64,000 nt of DNA from Guillardia theta CCMP2712 (taxonomy: Eukaryota > Protista > Cryptophyta). The notes beneath the pieces are model-generated. The model made no database searches. It saw only the letters and a program-made list of their open reading frames with translations, and was not told the origin of the DNA. The stretch is taken from the NCBI RefSeq assembly GCF_000315625.1, contig NW_005434654.1, forward strand, positions 362,997 to 426,996. Direction: 5' to 3'. The first letter of the stretch is position 1. Every line of letters begins with the position of its first letter. The position numbers and the translations under genes were made by a program. Shown here in pieces: positions 44,039-62,581 of the stretch.

Positions 44039-47000
44039 ATGCCCTACAACACTGGACATGTTGGATACATGGCCGGAGGTTTGTTGTTTGAAACCACGGA
44101 TATCGCTCTCTTATCTTGCATCAGTTGGGATGCCGAACATGGCACAGCGAGGTGGCTCACCTGTGAGTCCTGGTCTACTTGTGTTGTTGTCTGTCTGAAA
44201 GTTGATGCCAGCACATGACCCAACAACAGCTCCAGCAGCAGCAGCTCCAGCAGCAGCAGCTCCAGCAGCAGCAGATGCAGCAGCAGCAGATACAACAACA
44301 GTACTCGAATCAACAGCAAAACCAAGCAAAATCGAATGCAGACCCAGGTATGTCGAAAGATGTCTGTTACTGGTTCGATGAGCGTGTTTGTATGATTGAT
44401 GTGTCTGTTACTGGTTCCTGAAACTTTTCAAATCTCAGGCGTTCAGTCGATGACAACGATCAACCTCCCGATAGTTCGGCATCAAGTACTGAAATTCCGC
44501 GATGAATATCGAACACCTCTTACTCGTTTGCAACAGCTCTCTTTTGTCAAGTCTCTGCTCGAACCCTGCTTCGAAGAAATGACCAAACCGGTATGCCTGA
44601 GACACTTGGTCTTAACTTACCCACACACCTGATGCTTGACAAGGGGGATTCGAGAGGATATCACAGCATGGGCCCTGTGAACCACATCGATGAAGTTGCT
44701 GTGATGGTAAACGCACACTTCAGTAATTTTTGAGAACCCTTCACTGACATCGGTTTTTCAGACCAAATTGTCGTCCATCGCAGAGGCATTGGAATCATTC
44801 GCAAAGTGGAGTCAAGTAAGCTCGTTAAAAGATTTCCACTCGTTTCATTCTCACGTGATGAATCCTCTCAGAGCGAAGGCGGAGCAACAGCACAAAGGTG
44901 AAATGATCTGCTTTCAAATATGACAGGCTGAAATTATTGTCCCGATCCGAAGATATTTGCTACATTGCAAGGAAGCAGCTGATAGAGTGTCAAGATTGCA
45001 AGACAACAAGCAGGCGTTGACATCGTAAGCATCTCTCGAATCAACAAATCCGTGATGATCCTCGAAGCTCACACCCCTTATTGATAGATGTCGAAGATTG
45101 TTGGAACGAAACTCTTCCAACTCTTCAAGGAAAAAGTTTTTGGAGCATCTTGAATCTATTGCAAGGGAAGGTAATCAAAACTGACCTTGAGTTTTGTAGT
45201 CTGATCCTGAATCTGACATTCGATTCTGATTTGTTGTAGACGGAGTATCGTTTTTCCAGCTAGAAGAGGAAGGCAGGTTGTAACATGGAAGTTCTAAGCG
45301 ATTCTTCTTACTGATGAATACTCTTCAGCACTGTGGACCCGACTCAGCCTACGCACTGCTTGTCAGGCCAAACTTACGTTCTGGATTTCCATGTCGATCA
45401 GTCAGCCAAGGTGAAGAACTTCTTGTGCCAGCAGGGTTTTGAATGTTCTTCAGGTTACTTGGGCCAAGCTGCAAAGAATCTTGAGTACAGGAGATACAGT
45501 TCCAAACGAAGTAAGATGAGTTCAACAGAGTATGTAATGCTCCTCTAACAATTTACTAAGGCCGAATCAGTACAAAGACAGTGGATTGAGATGAATGAGG
45601 ATATTGCAGCAGGTACAGGGACAATCTTGCTTTGTTCTCCACGGACATGTTGTTCACGTAATGAGAAGGAATGATGTCAATGGATTTGGAGGCATCGTTG
45701 CGAGACAAATTCAAGTCGCTACAAAAGACAGAAGAGGTTTTTCGCTGGCTTGTGTATTTTTCCATCTGTTGAGCCTGCTGCAAGTCTCATGGGCGCTCTC
45801 CCAACGCTGGAGTATACGATGCATTGAGAAAGGTGATGCCCATGATCTTTGGAGGTGTACTGTGTGGACGATTTTCGTTGTATGGCTTCCCTGCCATTGA
45901 ATGAGATCAAATAGCTGACGCCAGTCTCAGTTGGAAATCGAAGTTGAGAAGGAAGTTTCTGCACAATTACACCAACCAAAAGCGGAAAACACAGAGCCGA
46001 TGGAAGAGACTCTGGACCACTTGAGCGGCTACGGGTATCTCTCGTGTCTTGCGGAGTTCCAGCCCATGCTGATGACTTTCGGTCAGGGTGGTGAAGAGGT
46101 TGGTTGAGGGACTGCAGTTTGAGTTCTATCAGGTAAGTGCTCCCGGCAGCTCATTCCTCTTCTCACGGAAGGAACTGCAGCCTAGCGGGTTCTCCTCAGA
46201 CCTCACGACGAATCGGGCCATCCTGGAGTTGAAGGGGGTGATCCAGGTACACATCGTGGCTGCCCGATCTTTCCCATCCCCCTCCTCATTGTTCCTCCTT
46301 CTCATCGAGCACTACAGGGACAGGGAAGCAAGTCGTCTGTACAACCAGGTGATTGGCAATCTGCCGATTTTTACCCCAGAGATGATGATCCTGCAGCCAT
46401 GTGCCTGAAGCTGAATCCGCCGGTACACATCTGCATCGCAACAGCTGCGAAGCTTGAGGTGATTGTTGTTGTCTTGGTCGTATGGGATCATGATCGAAGA
46501 ATGGAATTCAGGCTTCGGAGAGAGCTCTGCGGAAGGCAAAAGATCAAACACAAAGGGAAACTACCGAGGATCAGGGGAAGGAGGGTCAGAAGGAAAGCAA
46601 GGAGGGGGGTAAAGAGGAATCGCAGCAGAGAGCAGATTCTATATCTTCTCCCTTGGGCGACATTCCTCTTGCGGGTGCGAGCCATGCCGTGCGATGGCAG
46701 TCGTTGGTCTTGCCTGCCGACTTCAAGTACACAAGGTGAGGCACAGTGGTTGGTGACTCGTATTCTCAACGTCGCTGCCCGTCAGAGACCCGTATCGCAT
46801 GAGCATCAGAGGGAGGAACTTCTCCTTCGTCGATCACAGCAACCCAAGTAATTCCATGCCCTTCCCGTCCTCGTCTCCTCACCCTCACCTAGTCTCCGGC
46901 ATTGAAATTCACTCGATCCCGGTGGAGACTGCGCCGCAGGTGATTCGTGAACGAGCTGGCTCATGTGTGTGACACTTGCTGGGCTCGTCGTTGGGAACAG

Positions 47001-47865
47001 ATCCTACAAGTCCTGCAAGACCTCCGACAGACCCTCGTCTTGAACGAGCTGTTGGTCAGGTTGACCTCACAGTTACACTTGACTCGTGCCCTGACGAGCT
47101 TACTTGTTCCTCTGCGCAGCTGCTTCCAGGAGGTCGAGAGGATCGAAGAGGATGCAGAGGAGGACGAAGAGAATCAGTGCGTCAACAGCGCTGCCGACGG
47201 GGCAGAGCAGAGCGAGCAGCAGGATGCGGAGATGAAGGAAGCGCGACAGAACAAGCTGGATCAGCTCGTGGAGGTATTTCGATGCATGCTTCACCTGTCG
47301 ATAGCGGTTGACGGCTGCGATAGATCACCGTCTTGCCACCGAGCACGATCTTCCTTCATCTGAGCCCGGAGGCCAGCGAGGTGCATCACACTTAGATTTC
47401 CTATGAGGGGACAGGACTGATGCGGCCTGTCTGTCTTCTCTTCCTGCTCTCTCGTACCCTCCTCCTCTCGTCTGTCGCCTTTCCCCCTCTCCTCTCCTCC
47501 TCTCTGCAGGATTGTTTGATGCTCCTGTGCATCGAGATCCGAGTCAGCGCGGGTGGAGAGATCACGGTCAAGTGAGTCCAGACGCTTTCGACTGAGCTGC
47601 TCGCACCTCACCTTGTTCTTTAGGATGCATCCTCCACCGGGACTGCCGGCGACTTGTACAGATGCCTATGCAACGGAAATCCTGAGGTCTGCATGCAGTT
47701 TCCTTCTATCTCGAACCTTCCCCCCCCCCCTTCTTTGTCTCTACTGCTTATTCTTCCTCTTCCTCGTTATCGATTCGTGTTGCATTTCCTTCGCTCCTCC
47801 CTGGTTGAACGCATCGCAGGACCTGCCGCAACATTCCCTTGGCTCTCTCCTACATCCTGGGATGA
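44039..47865 (+). CDS. Mediator subunit 1 (MED1)-like protein with Q-rich N-terminal region (multi-exon; 5' part could be a separate gene)
   Basis: 3' exons read ILQVLQDLRQTLVLNELL.SCF ... ITVLPPSTIFLH ... LMLLCIEIRV...ITV ... CTDAYATEILR|TCRNIPLALSYILG*. These parallel the end of the Med1 domain as recalled from animal MED1 (LIRHQVAYNTLIGSC ... CTDDFIAKVVQRCMSIPVTMRAI). Confidence 0.6.
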
Positions 47866-48493
47866 GGCAGCTTGGGACTTGCTTGTCGACTGTACACGAG
47901 GAAAGGCGAAGGGGCCTGGGAGGATCACGCTGCTGGCTTGTCCGGTTGAAGGCTCCTAGGAGGAAGAGAAGAATGAAAGCAGCCGTAAGCCATGATGACC
48001 CGGCCGAGCTTCGGATGACGCCGGCCGGGTCGTAATTATAGTATAGTACTTGTCGCAGGACTATGTCCTGTGCGGTCGTCAAACGTGCGACTAACTTCTA
48101 AAAAAACAAGTTGAATCATGTCTGGGAGTACCGTGAGCGAAAAGTTCAGTGAAGCCTTCAAACCGTTGAACAAGCGCTGAGCCCCGGGCGGCCGCAGGCG
48201 GCTGATCAACCGGGCGGGTTTAGGCCGTCAACCTCAGTGCAGCCGCCCGAACCGATGATAGCTGCTGCCCTGCGCGCGGCGCCGGGCCCCGGCAGCGCCC
48301 CTCGGGCCGGCCAGTCGAGTAACTTTACTGAGCAGTGGCCCGGGAGCCCCGCCCGACCGCGGGGCCGGCCCGACTGAGTTGGACTCGGCCGGGAGCATGT
48401 CCTGCGTTTCATGAACTATGTCCTACGTTACTTGTATATTTCCTCAACTTTCTTCTTCTGACACTCTACGCTCCAATTCCCCAGGCGGCCGCC

Positions 48494-53693
<5,200 letters not shown>

Positions 53694-53994
53694 CAGGAGC
53701 CCAGCCGTGCAAGCAGCGTCATGAGGAGCGAGGAGGGAGGCCTGTAAAACTAGCTTGCAAGACATTAAAGGAAAATCCCCGTAATGCTCCTTCACCTTCC
53801 GTCCTTCCCGCACTCGTTGCTTATTCTCCCTCCCTCCCCTTCCTCCCCTTCCTTTCCGTCTCCTCTTTCTCCTTAACCCCCCCCCCCCCCACACACACAC
53901 ACGGGGGTCTTCTCGTGTCTTCCTCCCGTCAGCCCATAGCGCTACAAGTGTGGCCATGCGAGGACGATGACGGCTGTGAATGTGTAGAGCAGCT

Positions 53995-55737
53995 TCAGCC
54001 ACACGATGTCGCCCGGATGCTTCGAAGAGCTTTCAACCTGCCGTCACACGTTAGCCTCCCTTCCCCCAGCTCGGCAACTTCTCTGCACCTGCCGGACATG
54101 CGCGTAGGCCAGCATGCCCCCGAAGGCCAGGAAGAGGCCGGAGACATGCTTGAGTGCGTATGCTTTGTCAAAGAATAGAATCCCTGCTCGCTCATATCAG
54201 ACTACTCAGCAAGCCAACGAGGCTGCACACCCATCGCTAACGTGAGGGCGGTTTTCAAGTGACCTAGCACCTGCCCGCCAATCAGCGGATATTCCTGCAT
54301 GCGGGGAAACTCCACGTACCTGGTAAGTGAGAGCTGAAGTCCTCGAGAGAACTTGGTAATTTGTAATATTTACACCCTAACGCAGACTGAGCAAACGACG
54401 TGCGCATGCGCAAAAACTCTTACCACAGCAAAAACGCACGAAATGAGAATGGTCAGCAAGACCTCCAGAGGCATGTGGCCAATCTTGACTCCTTGGGCTG
54501 TCAAGGCAACACGTTGATGCAGAATCAATGCCATAGCATAGCTACCTTGAGTATAATCGTCGAAGAGCCTCGAAAGTAAGATCATGATAACCTGTCTCGC
54601 ACTTCAGTACAGTTGACCCCAACAGGACCTCAGGCTCACAGCTGCACACAGGCTGGTGTGGTAGAGCAGCTGAATAGCCGTGCAGCCCGTATTTTGTACA
54701 AATGACTTGGTCAAGATCTGGGATACAACAGTGGCCAGGATAGCCGCAATTGCATAAAGTGTGCCCTGGAAGCAAACCAAGTCAACGAGGATTCGAGACT
54801 CTGCGCGTTTGTATTACACCCACAGTGACTCGAACGTCGGAAACTGTCGCCATCGCAACCCCCAGGCAGAGAGGAAGGAGGGCCAGGGCTGCAGCACGAG
54901 CCAGGTCAACAAGACGCAACAGTGAACTGATCGTGCACCTGTCTCCAGAGAGATCTTGGTGCCAAAGAGTCTGGGAGGCGAGTCAGGTTGCGATGTCTCA
55001 GGAGGGATCAAGCGCGGGAGGGTACATGTATTGTATCGCCACTGTAGTCGGGATGCAAGAAAGCTTCGACAGCTGCAAAGTCCATCGGTGAGCCCCACCG
55101 CACCTCTTCCGCTCAACAGTCAGATCGGGGACACCTGGTAGATCCCCACAGAGTTCTTGGCCAAGTTCACGTTCATCAGCCCAACTGATGCACAGTCCAG
55201 CAGAGCCTTGAAGAGAACCTGCGGCAGAGCATGAGCGCGTCGCTAGCACGTGCGATCATCCCAGCGGGCTGCTCACCATCATCCTGTCAGCTGGCCTGGG
55301 CGAAGCAAGGGGTCAGCGCCATGGTGTGGACGCAGAGAGGACCTTACTTGTATGTGAAGACATTGAAGGTGCATAGCATTCGGAGAACTACGGCTGTGAA
55401 CATGAAGTGCATCCCCGAGAGGAGGATCGCGTACTCTGCGCGAGGTCAGCACCGCAAGGAATCCAACAAAGCCTCACCGAATCTGTGCTGCATCTGTACA
55501 TGCTTGTTCGCTGCAACAACTCCCACCTGAGCTACCGTTCAGTTTCATCTTCGATCTCATGACATCTCTCACCACGCACACCACATTGAGCGCCATTCCC
55601 ATGGTTACCATCCCAAAGCTCCACTCCGGACCAACATGCAGTTTTCCCTGCTGAACGCTCTCCGAGCCTTGCAGAACATTTCCAGGAAGGAGGCTCGGAC
55701 CAGCTGCCTTGGAGGTTCTCATAGTGACGTGATGCAT
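53995..55737 (-). CDS. Hypothetical Cys-rich multi-pass membrane protein (multi-exon; 3' end uncertain)
   Basis: Hydrophobic exons (FGMVTMGMALNVVCVV; FMFTAVVLRMLCTF; LEVLLTILISCVFAVV) and a Cys-rich exon (LCNCGYPGHCCIP...VCSCEP...KCETG). Confidence 0.45.
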
Positions 55738-56029
55738 GATGGTCAACTCATCCGCTCCCTCCTCTCTTCCTCCCTCCCTCCCTCCCTCTCCGCTACCCTC
55801 CATCATGGGCGCATTGCCTTGCTATCCGCCCGTTGTCAATGACCGTTATGAATCCGCCATACGGATCCCGCCCTATTGTAACGGCCATGACTCACATGAT
55901 ACCGTTACATTTACCGTTATCACTGAAAGAGTCCGGCTGCTCAGTGCCCCGGGCCCCGGGCCCCGGTCGCCTGCCGGGCCGGGCCCGGGTGCGACTGGAA
56001 GTCAGAGGTCGCCGAGCAGTAGCCTTGGA

Positions 56030-57240
56030 GGCAGGGGTACCGGTAATCTGCTAGAGGTGCATTTCGGGGCCACACTTACACCCTACCCACTGAATGACCT
56101 TACTTGTTCTGCAGAAAAGGGGGGTGTACGTGATATGGTGGTAATGAAGGCTTTCAAAACGACGGGTCAGAAACGCTCAAAGGACAGGGGTAGAGGATTT
56201 GATTTGAAACCGAGTGTTGAGGGGGTAGGGGTGGGGTTGAAATTGACGAGGGTGATAGTCAATTGATCGAGGAAAATGATGGGTATGGGTGGGTACTTCC
56301 AGAGTACTTCTCTGTCTGGAATGGAGGGGTACCTGCTTCTAGGCGCTGCCAAGGACGATTCTTCGGGGTTGATGACATGGTAGAGAGATAGGGGGTAGGG
56401 GTGGGGCATGACATGAAAAGAAAAATTCCACAGTCGGGGGGTGGGGAAGAGGGAGGGAAAGGGGTGGGGTGGGGCATATAAGGTTTTGGTCATTGGTGAG
56501 ATGAAGTAGGGGGGGTGGGGAGTTATCCCTCTCGAAGTAGTAAAGGGGCTGAGCGGGGGGGGTATCGAACAGTTACTGGAGGTACCACCCCCACCAACAT
56601 CGGAAAGCACCCTTCCCTATGGGCAGGCAGGCCTTGAGTTGTTCTACCCCCTCTTTGAACACGTCACCACCTAGCTCTTATCCACCCCTACCCTACTAGC
56701 TATTGTACCTACCCCCCTGTTTTCCAAAAAAGCACTCACATGCTTCCTCTGCAGACCCAGCGATCGGGAACCGACCACCCTACCCCCTAATGAACCTCAT
56801 GTACCTCACCCCTCCCGCCTGTTCATTTTGTGTACCCCCTGGGAAATTCATCCCTACCCCCAGGGGATCGAATTCTCGTATGAACACCCCTACAAGCACG
56901 TGTGTGCTTGTCCACCACCCGACCACTACCCACCCCCGTCAGACCGACTGGTCTGACACAGGTCACCTGATTCATCTTCCTACTCCCATACCCCTTTGCT
57001 TCCAATATCTTTCAATTGCCTTGCTATGTATTTTGTCACTCCCTGTGTCTTCCCGCACCGTCAGACATCCTCCCCCCGGGCCCGCGAAGCCCCTACCCTA
57101 CGAGTTGCTGGACATAAAGGGTGCCTCCCACCCAGCATAGAGCACTCGCCACACCCCTAACTTTGTACCCCACCCTCCTGACTAGTATCGCAGATTATTA
57201 ACCCTACCCTGTTCACATCCCATCCCCACCCCTGGTACGC
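56030..57240. promoter_or_regulatory. Divergent-promoter region with a GGGGT-rich left half and an ACCCC-rich right half
   Basis: Many GGGGT/GGGTA words from 56030 to ~56580, switching to ACCCC/TACCC from ~56585 to 57240. Confidence 0.5.
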
Positions 57241-57399
57241 TTCGGTGTCCGGACAGCGCAGCTAAAACACCGAGGTCCTAGCGGTGTAGGACCTCGGTGA
57301 TAGTAAGTACTGGTGGAATGTATCTCACTAGGACAAACCTAAGACCTCCTTACGGCATCGGCTGGTCGCGCCATCGCAAGCCATCGCACAGGTGCCAGC

Positions 57400-60300
57400 A
57401 TGAAGAATGCAGAGCGGCGGCATGCGAGCGTACCTCCTCCTCTCATGCTCTACCATCATCCAAACTTGACGCTCATTGCTCCTCTCCTGACGTTTTCCCC
57501 GCTCTCCTCCCCCTCGTCAATAGACTCTTCCGTGCTTGGAAGAACTGATGTAGCTTCGGGACGCATGTGCATGTGTGGTTTGAGATCTGTCTACCTGATT
57601 GGATTGTGGAGAGCTCTGGAAACTTGATTTTTCAACGATGATGCTTCAGAGATGTGATAGGAAACTGACAATCCCTGAATATGAGATTCCGGAATGGTTT
57701 GCAAGGGGTTTAGGGGGGCTTAGTCGAAAGCTAGGTGCATGCTGGTAGTGTTTTGAAATCCATTATCTCGTGTTACAAGAACGCAATATTCTATTTTTTG
57801 AATGATCTGATGATCTCGAATACCCGGTCATGCTATCCGTGTATTAAGCGTGCTATGTTTGCTTGCCTGTGATCTCTTCTTATTCTTGAGCACTCACGGC
57901 TAAATTGAGCAGAAAGCTTGGTCTCAGACCTTGCGTTTCCTTGTCCTCTTGCGGACGGAGTGGCGCCTGCTACTGCAAAATATCATCTTATACTGCACCC
58001 CAGGGTCCTGGTTTGGACGGCACCGAGCTTGCTTCTATAGTAACGGAAGCCGGATCGCCGCTCGGCAGACAGTTAGAGGGAAATAGGGGGTCCCTCCACG
58101 GCGCACGGAGCTCAACCATGGACTTCAAACTCAAGTCCAAGGATCTTTCCAATCTTGTTCGACTCACGTTCGACAACACTACAGTTTCGGTCCGCAGTTT
58201 GGCCTTCTTCCCCGTGCTCAGTCTCGGCTGAAATCCTTTTGTCCAGGACGTCGAGTCCTACGTGCTCCAGGAGTACGAGAAGAAGCTGGGTGGTCTCGAT
58301 GGGATCCTGAGGTAGATTGGATTGCATAGCCTCCCTTGGTCTGAGATTTCCACGCCCACCAGATCCTTGAAGATCGAGAAGGAGAAGGGTGTCAACTCCA
58401 ACGATGTCAAGGACAGGGCCAACTTCTTTGGCAAGAATGAGGTTACTTGCCCCAGAATAAGTTCGAATGGCTTGTCTAACGGCATGGCTGCCACTGCCAG
58501 GTTGAACAAGAGCCGCAGGAGCCGCTCTGGAAACTGATGTGGGAGGCCTTGCAAGACCCGACCCTGATTTTCCTCACCTGTGCTGCCATCCTCTCGCTCC
58601 TCATCGGTGTCTTCGTTGAGCAAAAGCCATACGGGTGAGCGGGAGAAATGATCCTTTGAGGTGAAGAATCTCATCTTGGACAAGGTGGCTTGAGGGAGTG
58701 GCCATCTTGTTTGCGGTGGTGGTGGTTGTCACTGTTGGTGCCGTGAACGATTACCAGAAGGAGAAGCAATTCCGTAATGCTTGTTTGTCGTTCTGAAAGT
58801 GAAGGCTTACCCCTTCAATCTTTCAGGTGACTTGAACGCAAAGAAGGATGACATTGACATCACTGTCATCCGTGACGGGCAGCAGACGACCATCTCGACC
58901 AAGCAACTTGTTGTTGGCGACATTGTTCTGCTGAGCACTGGAGACATTCTTCCAGCTGATGGCATCGTTCTTGGTCGCAATGATCTCGCTATCAACGAGA
59001 AGATGCTCACGGGTGAAACTGTGATGAAGAAGAAGTCCAGCAGCTACATCCTCGAGTGAGGCTTACGAACTCCCTCAACCAAATGCTGACGATCGAGTTA
59101 GGCATGGTTCTGTTAAGAGCAGCCCAACCTTGTTCGCCGGCACCTTTGTTCAAGAAGGGGAGGGCAGGATGTTGGTCGTTGCCGTTGGAGCGAGCACATA
59201 CCAGGTCTGTACATTCGTGAACTAGGTTTTGGAGTCTTGTTCACATCCACGCAGGGAACCATGGAGGAGAAGATGAAGGAAGCTGAGGGCGGTCGCAGCA
59301 TCCTGCAGAAGAAGCTCGATGCCATGACGGATCTCATCACAACTGTCAGCATGTGGGTTTCCATCGCGCTGGTGGTCATCCTCTGCCTTCGCATGTTCTA
59401 TGCCTTCTACGCTGGGAAGTGCTGCTTCGAGGTCTTGTTAGATGGCGTGTGACTGAGGTATATTGACTCGGGGTTTCAGAAATGGGACCACAAGATTCAC
59501 TGGTCTGAGTTGCTCGGATTCATCATCACTGGCATCACCATCTTCGTTGTTGCGGTTCCTGAGGGGTTGCCCCTTGCCGTCACCATCGCCCTGGCCTTCT
59601 CTGTCAAGAAGGTCTGACGATGTTTCTATGTGCCACCGTTCGCTAACCGATCCATTTAGATGCTCAAAGATCAGAACTTGGTCAGGCATTTGAGCGCGTG
59701 CGAGACTATGGGTGGAGCCACCACGATCTGCTCGGACAAGACCGGTACCTTGACCACTTCAAGGATGACTGTCGTCAAGGCATGGTGCGGAAACAGAGTC
59801 TTCTCCAACATGGTGAGACTTGCCGTATGTCTGACACCAGGTACTGAAACATTGCTTACAGAGAGATATCGGCGCGCAGCTCCCACAGATCAAGGAGAAG
59901 TTCGCGACTGCTGCGGTGGTCAACACCCTGTTCAAGACTTACCTGAAGAAGAATACCAACGGGACCTGGGCCTACTGCGGAAACGATACTGAGTGCTCGC
60001 TGCTCATTATGGCGAACGAGATCGGCCACAGCTACGAGTCGATCAGACAGAAGTACCCCGACGAACAGATCGGTCGTGTGTGCTACACCTTCTCCTCGGA
60101 CAGGTGAGGGAGGCAGTGAGTGGCTAGTCACGAGCCTTCGCTGATGAATTTCAACAGGAAGAGGATGAGTACTGTCGTGCCCCAGAACGGCAAGGAGGTT
60201 CTCTACTGCAAGGGAGCTGCCGAGATCGTGTCTGCCCTCTGCCCAAGAATCATGACGGCAGATGGCTCCATCAAGGACATCGACGTTGCGATGCGCAATC

Positions 60301-62002
60301 AGATCGAGCAGATCATCTCTGACTTTGCTGACGAGGGTCTGAGAACTCTCTGCATCGCCCAGAGGGAGCTGTCCAAACCATCGGAGCAGATGTCTCTTCC
60401 CGAACTTGAGGCCGACCTGACCCTCGTTGGGATCGTCGGTATCGAGGACCCTCTTCGTGACGAAGTCCCGGGGGCCATCAAGGACTGCCAGACCGCAGGG
60501 ATTGTCGTGCGTATGGTCACTGGTGACAACATCCAGACGGCTCGCGCCATCGCAAAGAAATGCGGCATCATCACCAGCGAAGATGGGGAGGGTTCCGTGC
60601 TCGATGGCAAGACGTTCAGAGATCGCGTCTGCGACTCGGACGGCAACATCATCCAGTCAGAGTTTGATAAGGTCTGGCCTCCCCTGAGGGTGCTTGCTCG
60701 CTCCACGCCTCTCGACAAGCACGTGCTGGTCTCTGGTATCCAGGCTTCCACTGTTGGGATCAAACAGACCGTTGCCGTGACTGGAGACGGAACCAACGAC
60801 GCTCCCGCTCTCAAGAAGGCCGATGTTGGTTTTGCCATGGGTATTCAAGGGACCGACGTGGCTAAGAATGCTTCGGACGTAATCATCATGGACGACAATT
60901 TTGTTTCCATCGTCGCAGCCGTCAAGTGGGGCCGCTGCGTTTACGACAACATCTGCAAGTTCCTGCAGTTCCAGCTGACGGTCAACATCACCGCCTGCTC
61001 GTTGGCCTGCGTTGGCGCTGCCATCTTGACGGAGAGCCCTTTGAATGCTATCCAGATGCTCTGGGTCAACTTGATCATGGACTCCTTTGCTTCCCTGGCG
61101 CTCGCCACCGAAGATCCGACTGACGAGCTCCTGAGGAGGAAGCCGTACCCCCGTGATCAGGCTGTTCTTTCGCAGACGATGGTGCGAAACATGGTCTTGC
61201 ATGCCTCGTGGCAGCTGATTGTGCTCTCGTTCCTTATCTTCGGGATGGGAGATGTCTGCCGCGGCACCGGCTCTGTCTGCGAGGGAGAAATCCTGGTGGA
61301 TTACTTTGGAAACATCCGCAGCGGACGACCTGCGGCGTACGACTGGAACGGAGTGCCGGGTGCCTGCATCCCCATGTATAACTCCTCGGACCCCTCGACG
61401 TTCGATGCCAAGACCGGCAAGCCCCTCAGGCCTCACGACTTCTGCTCCGGCGCCCACCACGGTGTCAGCGACCACACGCAGCATTACACCATGGTGTTCA
61501 ACGTCTTCGTGCTGATGCAGATCTTCAACGAGATCAACTCCCGCAAGATCCACAACGAGCTCAACGTCTTTGACGGAGTGTTCCGCAACTCCTTCTTCCT
61601 CGTTATTGTCATCGGAACCCTCATCACTCAGGTACCCCCTCCACCCCTTTCCTCATCCGACTGCCTCTTCCCCCTCGTCCTCGTTCCCCCTGTCCTCCTA
61701 TCAGGTCGCTGATTCCTGATTCCTGTTGCAGTTTGCCCTGATCGAGGTGCCTGGGCTCAACGCCGCCTTCGGCTGCACTCACCTGACCCGGGATCAGTGG
61801 ATCGCCTGCCTTCTCTTGGGAGCCTCTGTGATCCCTCTCAACGTAAGCTCTCAGCCTCTCCCCTGCTCCTGCTCCTCGTCTCACACTCGTCCAGGTTCTG
61901 TTCCACATGGTACCAGTCTCCTGGTTCCCCGCTGGAGGCGGGGGCATGCCCGAGGACGACGAGGAGGAGGCTGAGGGAAAGCAGAAGTCCAAGGACGAAT
62001 AA
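57400..62002 (+). CDS. P-type IIB (PMCA-like) Ca2+-transporting ATPase (multi-exon; start at 57400 or 58118)
   Basis: [110 protein letters not shown] and [18 protein letters not shown]. Confidence 0.96.
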
Positions 62003-62581
62003 GTGGAATCGCCTCGCACGCGATCATCCAGCGTACACGCGGGGACCTTGGCATGCGATGCCAGGCGGTGCCGGCGCTCAGAAGGTGCATGGTGCCGAAG
62101 GGGATTCGAGAAATCTTTGTGCACGGAAGTGGGAGAGATCGGGCAGTGCAACGGAATAGCCTTGAGTTAACAAAGGACACTTTGAATTCTACGTCCTCCA
62201 CGAGACAGACGGCGAGGGATAGTGCTCTCGCGGCGTTGAAGAGGAGAAGATAATCCGTAACTGATCTTGAATAGATTGATTAGACACGTACAGCTCGCCT
62301 CTTGCTCGTTTTCGGTCCTCGTTGGCCCCACGAGCGCTCGCGTTGTTGAGATGCGTCATAGTTTTCTCGTCTTCATCGCAGGTGTTGTGGAGGAGGTTGG
62401 AAGGAGAAACTAAATCAATTCATTGAGGAGTCATACCAAGTTTAGCAGAGAGGGGTGAAGCTGTTTCTGGAAACAATATCGAGAGCCTCTCCACCACGGA
62501 GGAGGACGAGGCGGCGAGGGCTTGTGGCTCGAGGAAAAGGACTTGGAGGAGGTCGCTCCTCAAACTATCATCTCAATCCTC

